Origin: Candidatus Hydrogenedentota bacterium
Lineage (GTDB): Bacteria > Hydrogenedentota > Hydrogenedentia > Hydrogenedentales > SLHB01
DNA length: 64,000 nt
Direction: 5' to 3'
Assembly: GCA_045863295.1 (NCBI GenBank)
Contig: BTWA01000006.1
Coordinates: forward strand, 128,697 to 192,696
Part shown: positions 59,003 to 64,000 of the stretch, piece after piece
Layout: every line of letters begins with the position of its first letter
How positions within the stretch are numbered: position 1 is the stretch's first letter
Program-made: the position numbers and the translations under genes
Notes under the pieces: model-generated
What the model saw: only the letters and a program-made list of their open reading frames with translations
Database searches by the model: none
What the model was told of the DNA's origin: nothing

Positions 59003-60862
59003 TTACTCCATTGAAGTTGTATATGTAGCACCCATAGGCGACGCCGCGGGCAATGTAAACCACACGGTAGTTCCATGGCCGAGTTCTGACTCGACGCCGA
59101 TACTTCCGCCATGAGCCGCGACAATCTGACGCGCGATAGTCAATCCAAGTCCGGCTCCGGTTCCTTTTGGTTGTCCATCAGCACGATAAAATGGTTCAAA
59201 TGCGTGTGCCGCTTCGTCCTTTGACATTCCCGCACCTGTGTCGGAAATGCTGAACTTCACCATGCCCTCATTGGCCTCACAGTCCACACTGATCTCTCCG
59301 CCCGCGGTGGTGCACCGAATCGCGTTTGACAGTATGTTACTGAACACATGCTTCATGCGATCCGCATCCGCAAGTACGGATGGGACATCCACACCGGCCC
59401 GATTGACCAGCGCGATTCCTTTGTCGGTCGCCTCTGTCAAAAAGGCGTCAACAGCATCCCTGGTCAACGAATGCGCCTTGACAACCTCAAACTCCATCGC
59501 GCTCTTTCCTGACTGCATTTGGCGAATGTCCAATAAATCGCAAACTATTCCTGAAAGACGGTCGCAATCGTCCCGCGCCGCAAGTACGAGTTCGACTTGC
59601 TTCTCATTTAGCACACCCACCTGGTCATTCAAGAGCAAATGCAGCGACAATCGCAGAGAGGTAAGCGGGGTCTTCAACTGGTGAGATACCGTTGCGATTG
59701 CGTCTTGCTTAAGTTCGGCCTGTTCTTGCGCATAAGTCACATCCCGCAACATAACGGCCACTCCCGTAACCTCGCCGGAATGCGGCCCGACTGGTATAGG
59801 CATAATTACAGGCTTAAAGAAGTGCTCCTCATTGTCGATAAACCGCTGAATGACACCTTCTCCATCCGATTGTTCGATGACTCGCCGTTCGATGAACGCC
59901 TTGGCAATCAGAGGCGGCAACCAGTCCAGTCCCGCATCCCTGACTCTCCTGCCTTGTTCAAGCCCGAAATGCCGTGCTGCCGACTCGGTCGCCACTTCCA
60001 CGCGTCCTTCCAAATCAAGTACGGCCACCGTGGCGGGCAACGCCTTGAATACGTTTTCCGTGCCCTCTTTCCTTCTACGCAATTCCAACTGCTCTGCTCG
60101 CCGGACACTGCGCAGCGAAGCGGCCATTTCGTTAAACGTCTCTGAGAGTTGCCCTAATTCGTCGGTCGATCTGACAGGTAGCACAAGATCCAGATTGCCC
60201 TGCTTTATGTCGAGCGCCGATTGCGTTAACACTCGTATTGGACTAAGCACCCAGACGTGAATCAGATACCCGAAAAGAACCGCTACGGAAGCACAAACGA
60301 GGAAAGCCAAGGACATACGCCGCATTGCCGCCGCGGCCTCTTCACGGGCCAGGTTGTTCGCCTCATGTATGTTGCTCTGATTAAGATCGAGTATGGACTG
60401 GGCCGAACTCTTGATTTCATAGAAATGCGGCAGCAGGCTCTCAAAATAAGCGGTCTGACGATCTTGAGCCGGTTTGGACTTGTCTCTCGCGGATTCCAGT
60501 ATATGAACATACTCCCCGAAGAGTTCACGCACGTGCTCGGCCTTTTCGCGCTCTCCAGGAATCGTGATATTATTTAGCTCTACATCGAGCGCCGACTGGA
60601 ATTTTTGTACATGATCGTCAATCAAGCGGTCGCCTTGTTCTTCATAATCCAGCAACGTGAAAAGAATGCCGCTGTCAATCCGCTCCAACGACTCCTTCAT
60701 CTCCTGACACGCGATCACGCTCCGGTAGTTCTCCCGGAGTATGGTGTCAATGGCATCGCCGAGTCGGCTGATCTGAAGCATCGTAAGTCCACCGATCACG
60801 CCGATGGTGACCAGGATGCCCGCAAATCCAAGAAGCAACTTCTGTCGAATACCAAACCGCAT
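59003..60862 (-). CDS. sensor histidine kinase (TM, periplasmic helical sensor, TM, HAMP, PAS, HisKA, HATPase_c)
   Basis: HisKA H-box VSHQLKTPLTS, and N, G1 and G2 boxes (NILSNAIRCT, DTGAGM, GAGLGLTIAR). The start is set at the ATG preceded by GAGGAG, because the upstream TTG codon lies upstream of the predicted sigma-54 transcription start. Confidence 0.8.
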   Translation of the reverse strand: MRFGIRQKLLLGFAGILVTIGVIGGLTMLQISRLGDAIDTILRENYRSVIACQEMKESLERIDSGILFTLLDYEEQGDRLIDDHVQKFQSALDVELNNITIPGEREKAEHVRELFGEYVHILESARDKSKPAQDRQTAYFESLLPHFYEIKSSAQSILDLNQSNIHEANNLAREEAAAAMRRMSLAFLVCASVAVLFGYLIHVWVLSPIRVLTQSALDIKQGNLDLVLPVRSTDELGQLSETFNEMAASLRSVRRAEQLELRRRKEGTENVFKALPATVAVLDLEGRVEVATESAARHFGLEQGRRVRDAGLDWLPPLIAKAFIERRVIEQSDGEGVIQRFIDNEEHFFKPVIMPIPVGPHSGEVTGVAVMLRDVTYAQEQAELKQDAIATVSHQLKTPLTSLRLSLHLLLNDQVGVLNEKQVELVLAARDDCDRLSGIVCDLLDIRQMQSGKSAMEFEVVKAHSLTRDAVDAFLTEATDKGIALVNRAGVDVPSVLADADRMKHVFSNILSNAIRCTTAGGEISVDCEANEGMVKFSISDTGAGMSKDEAAHAFEPFYRADGQPKGTGAGLGLTIARQIVAAHGGSIGVESELGHGTTVWFTLPAASPMGATYTTSME

Positions 60863-60884
60863 TTCGCACTCCTCATCCAATCAG

Positions 60885-60900
60885 TGCATTTGCCGTGCCA
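60885..60900 (-). promoter_or_regulatory. sigma-54 (-24/-12) promoter: TGGCACG-N4-aTGCA
   Basis: The minus strand reads TGGCACGGCAAATGCA. The GG and GC dinucleotides sit at the canonical 10-nt spacing, with one mismatch to TGGCACG-N4-TTGCA. The predicted TSS is ~12 nt downstream, leaving a short leader with GAGGAG before the kinase ATG. Confidence 0.55.
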
Positions 60901-60954
60901 ACCCAATAATTAGCAATTACAAGAGGTTACACAGTTTAAAAGGAGAAGGCGCCA

Positions 60955-60999
60955 TGCAATATGCATCCTGCATTGACTGAATGGATTGCAAAATGCAAT
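60955..60999. promoter_or_regulatory. candidate enhancer (UAS) palindromes for a bacterial enhancer-binding protein
   Basis: TGCAATATGCA..TGCATTG and the palindrome ATTGCAaaaTGCAAT lie 55-115 bp upstream of the sigma-54 promoter. Spacing and dyad symmetry are typical of NtrC-family binding sites. Confidence 0.35.
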
Positions 61000-61057
61000 A
61001 CCGCTCCGAAAATTGGAGACAGAAGGATGGGCGTAAAGTAGGAATTTCGCGGGACTG

Positions 61058-62392
61058 TCAAATGCCGTATTGCTTACGCTTACGATACAAGGTTGCTTGG
61101 TCGATACCAAGAATTTCAGCAGCCTGTTGAAGTGACCGCGTCGAGGCCAGTACGCGCCGGATGTGGCTTTCCTCCAGTTCCTCGAGCGAGATGAGTTCCC
61201 CCTGTCTACCTGAATGCAAGAGGCTGTTGTCGTCCACTGCCAACGGTAAGTCCAATTGATCAATCACAGGCGTGGTGCTGAGAATCACGGCGCGCTCGAT
61301 AACGTTGCGGAGCTCACGCACGTTGCCCGGCCACCCGTGGCATTCCAGGGTCCGCTCGGCCTTCGTGCCGAACCGCATCGCAGTCTTATGATTCTGCGAC
61401 GCGAAAAACTGAAGCATTCGGTGTGCAAGCAAAACGATATCCTCCCGGCGTTCACGCAGCGGGGGAACAATGACGGGGATTACAGAGAGGCGGTAGTAGA
61501 GGTCTTCGCGAAATCGGCCCTCATCGACCGCGGCTTTCAGATCGATATTGGTGGCTACGATTAGGCGCACATCTGCGCGCCGTGTAACATTCTCCCCTAC
61601 GCGTTCATACTCACGGTCCTGAATGAAACGAAGTAGTTTGGACTGAACCGGTTTTGGCAAGTCACCGATTTCGTCCAAAAAGAGCGTCCCACCATCGCAA
61701 CCCGCGATCCTGCCCGGATTGTCGCGAACTGCCCCCGTAAACGCCCCTTTCACGTGTCCAAACAATTCGCTTTCGAGCAAATCAGGGCTCAGCGAGGGGC
61801 AGGAGACTACGCATAGCGGTCGCGGCGCGCGCGCGCTCCATTGATGTATGCACCGGGCAAGCACGCTTTTTCCAGTGCCACTCTCGCCGCAAAGCAACAC
61901 GATGGCCTCGGAGGCGGCGGCCTTTCGCGCAAGATCCAACGTGCGCTTCATCGCGGGACTGTCGGAATCCACAATGGTCTCGGGGTGCAGGCGGTTGAGA
62001 TCGTCTTGCAACGCGGCGATCTGCTGCTCCATGGTTCGAATCTCTGAAACTCGATTCATTACAAGGAGCACTTGATCCGGCTTGAACGGCTTCGAAATGT
62101 AGTCCGATGCGCCGAGGCGCATGGCTTCGACAGCGGTTTCAATGGTTGCAAAGGCCGTAATGACCACAATCCGTGTCCAAGGAGACACAGCGCGTAGCGT
62201 GGGAATCAGTTCCAAGCCACTTTCGGTTCCAAGCCGCAAATCAACAAATGCCATGTCAAACGCGGAGCGCTCCGACTCTGACGCCGCATCGCGCGGGTTT
62301 GAAACCGCCTTCACCGTATGACCTTCGGACTCCAGATATAATGCCAGCGTGCGCCGTATGTTGGGTTCGTCATCGACAATCAGAATCTTCAC
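61058..62392 (-). CDS. sigma-54-dependent response regulator (NtrC/Fis family bEBP)
   Basis: Receiver (KILIVDDE...D...K), AAA+ sigma-54 activation domain (GESGTGKS; the GAFTGA motif; ESELFGH) and a C-terminal Fis-type HTH. The start is assigned to a GTG with AGGAA upstream, since the in-frame extension has no ATG. Confidence 0.85.
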   Translation of the reverse strand: MKILIVDDEPNIRRTLALYLESEGHTVKAVSNPRDAASESERSAFDMAFVDLRLGTESGLELIPTLRAVSPWTRIVVITAFATIETAVEAMRLGASDYISKPFKPDQVLLVMNRVSEIRTMEQQIAALQDDLNRLHPETIVDSDSPAMKRTLDLARKAAASEAIVLLCGESGTGKSVLARCIHQWSARAPRPLCVVSCPSLSPDLLESELFGHVKGAFTGAVRDNPGRIAGCDGGTLFLDEIGDLPKPVQSKLLRFIQDREYERVGENVTRRADVRLIVATNIDLKAAVDEGRFREDLYYRLSVIPVIVPPLRERREDIVLLAHRMLQFFASQNHKTAMRFGTKAERTLECHGWPGNVRELRNVIERAVILSTTPVIDQLDLPLAVDDNSLLHSGRQGELISLEELEESHIRRVLASTRSLQQAAEILGIDQATLYRKRKQYGI

Positions 62393-62432
62393 CGGGGACA
62401 ATTCCTGGACGTTGTACGTAAGGTGGCCATGT

Positions 62433-63104
62433 CTAATTGATATTGGGTGCTGCGCCCTGCAGATCGCCTTTGATGGCGTAGCCAGCGATATGTGTTGAGG
62501 CCAGCAACATCCGTGGAACGGTAAACGATTCGCACTCAACGCGCTGGAATCCAGAGTCCAGGATGGACCGTTGCGTGTCTCGATTCGGTTGGCAACCGTC
62601 GGCCAGACAGGACCAGACCGGTTGAATGCCGTTCTGTATGCCTCTCTGCACGGTTCCCGGTTGGGCAATCACATGCTCGATAAATGTGAATCGTCCACCC
62701 GGTTTCAGCACTCGCTTGATTTCGTTTAAAACGAGCGCCGGATCGGAAACGGAACACAGTACAAGTGTACAGACAACGGCATCGACGGACCCGTCCGCAA
62801 TATCAAGGGCTTCGCCCTTTCCACGGATGACGTCGACGGCAATACCAAAGTGTCTGGCTTCGGAGAGCAGGTAGGGATGCATATAGGGATTGGGCTCCAC
62901 AGCGGCCAGCCGAATCTCCTTCGGGTAGAAGGGCATGTTGGCGCCAGCCCCCGCCCCGATTTCCAACACGGTACCGTGTAGATCGCCGAGCAGTAATTTC
63001 TTCCGCTCTCCGTAAAACCGGTTCATGGGCCCTTCGGCCTTGTGCATAAACCATGCAAACCCGTGCTGCGCCAACCTGCGACGCAATGAACGCTTGTATT
63101 TCAT
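62433..63104 (-). CDS. class I SAM-dependent methyltransferase
   Basis: Motif I VLEIGAGAGAN, followed by an acidic residue at the end of beta2 and motif post-I/II DAVVCTLVLC, then RVLKPGGRF. Confidence 0.7.
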   Translation of the reverse strand: MKYKRSLRRRLAQHGFAWFMHKAEGPMNRFYGERKKLLLGDLHGTVLEIGAGAGANMPFYPKEIRLAAVEPNPYMHPYLLSEARHFGIAVDVIRGKGEALDIADGSVDAVVCTLVLCSVSDPALVLNEIKRVLKPGGRFTFIEHVIAQPGTVQRGIQNGIQPVWSCLADGCQPNRDTQRSILDSGFQRVECESFTVPRMLLASTHIAGYAIKGDLQGAAPNIN

Positions 63105-63109
63105 GTTTT

Positions 63110-64000
63110 TCAACGAGTAACCATGCTTCGCATGGCCCCTTCCACGTTGGGATGGTGAAATCCAAACCCACTCCGCAACAGCCGTTCCGGCATAACCCGT
63201 GCACTGGAAAGCAACATTTCGTCGGCCATGGCGCCGAGGGCAAGACGCGCCGCAAACGCCGGCATCGGCAAGAGCGTAGGCCGCCGTAGCACACGCCCCA
63301 AAGTCTTGGTAAGCTCCCGATTGGTTACTGGATTGGGCGAAACCAAATTCACAGGTCCAATAACCGTATCGCAAGCAAGCAAGTGGACGATTGCGCCAAT
63401 TGCGTCTTCAATCGCTATCCAACTCATCCACTGATTCCCCGGTCCAACAACGCCACCAAGTCCCAGGCCGAATGCCGTGCGCATCAGGGCAAACGCACCC
63501 CCTTCAGAGCCGAAGACGGCGCCGAAACGGAGATTACATATACGGATTCCAACTTCGCGGGCGGGATGCGTGGCCGACTCCCATTCTTTGCACACTCGAG
63601 CAAGGAATCCGTCGCCATGCGGGCTGTCTTCCGTGAGTATATCGTCGCCGCGGTTTCCATAGATTCCCACAGCAGATGCGCACAACCATACTTTTGGGCG
63701 CCGCTCCAGGGAACAAAGTACATTTGCCAAGAGTTTGGTAGACCTGACACGGCTCTCCAGTATCGCCTGTTTGCGTTCCTTCGTCCAACGGCCTCCAGCA
63801 ACGTTTTCGCCCGATAGGTGAATTACCGCATCAATGTTTTCCAAAGCTGACTCGGGCAGTATTCCCTCGCTCGGATTCCAACTGACCTCTTGAGACCCAT
63901 GTGATGTCCGAGTCCGAACAAGTTTGCGGCAACTATGACCCTGGTTCGATAGATCGTCGACTAATCGACGGCCTATTAGCCCCGAAGCGCCTGAAATCAG
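63110..64000 (-). CDS. NAD-dependent epimerase/dehydratase-family protein (YfcH/DUF1731-like), 5' end truncated by the window edge
   Basis: The reading frame continues to the last base of the window. The N-terminus there reads ...LISGASGLIGRRL (Rossmann GxxGxxG). The C-terminal region matches the YfcH-type DUF1731. Confidence 0.65.
   Translation of the reverse strand: MISGASGLIGRRLVDDLSNQGHSCRKLVRTRTSHGSQEVSWNPSEGILPESALENIDAVIHLSGENVAGGRWTKERKQAILESRVRSTKLLANVLCSLERRPKVWLCASAVGIYGNRGDDILTEDSPHGDGFLARVCKEWESATHPAREVGIRICNLRFGAVFGSEGGAFALMRTAFGLGLGGVVGPGNQWMSWIAIEDAIGAIVHLLACDTVIGPVNLVSPNPVTNRELTKTLGRVLRRPTLLPMPAFAARLALGAMADEMLLSSARVMPERLLRSGFGFHHPNVEGAMRSMVTR

Noticed and set aside
62393-62668. 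N-terminal extension of the sigma-54 response regulator ORF
   Set aside because: The extension has no ATG and no receiver-domain homology. A GTG with an upstream AGGAA gives the canonical MKILIVDDE-type start.
1-64000. Mobile elements, CRISPR arrays, rRNA
   Set aside because: No transposase, integrase or recombinase-like ORFs were found. No direct-repeat/spacer periodicity and no rRNA-like conserved blocks were seen on either strand.

Overview
This is a 64 kb GC-rich (~58-60%) bacterial chromosomal segment, densely coding on both strands. I found no rRNA, tRNA, CRISPR array, transposase or integrase. The PEP-CTERM protein, many secreted TPR/HEAT/BNR proteins and the sigma-54 machinery suggest a Gram-negative lineage such as Verrucomicrobiota, Planctomycetota or a candidate phylum. 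Housekeeping genes present are pyrG, kdsB, rpmB, lipA, lipB, hom, thrC, purE-purK and hflX. A complete Pho regulon (phoB-phoR-pstSCAB-phoU) sits near two secreted phosphatases, a PhoA-type and a PhoD-like enzyme. Other recognisable modules are a blaI-blaR1 sensor pair, a YbhG/HlyD-type ABC-2 exporter, and a ParA/MinD ATPase next to a bactofilin carrying a poly-Q tail. The most unusual locus lies at 52.5-62.4 kb on the minus strand. It is a kdpFABC operon with no classical KdpD/KdpE pair. Upstream are an NtrC-type sigma-54 response regulator and a sensor histidine kinase. A near-consensus -24/-12 sigma-54 promoter and palindromic UAS-like repeats lie between them and precede the kinase gene. 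The operon ends with a soluble protein fusing the KdpD N-terminal sensor domain, a USP domain and a PTS EIIA(Ntr)-like domain, with no kinase domain. All calls rest on reading translated ORFs and motifs by eye; no database searches were run.
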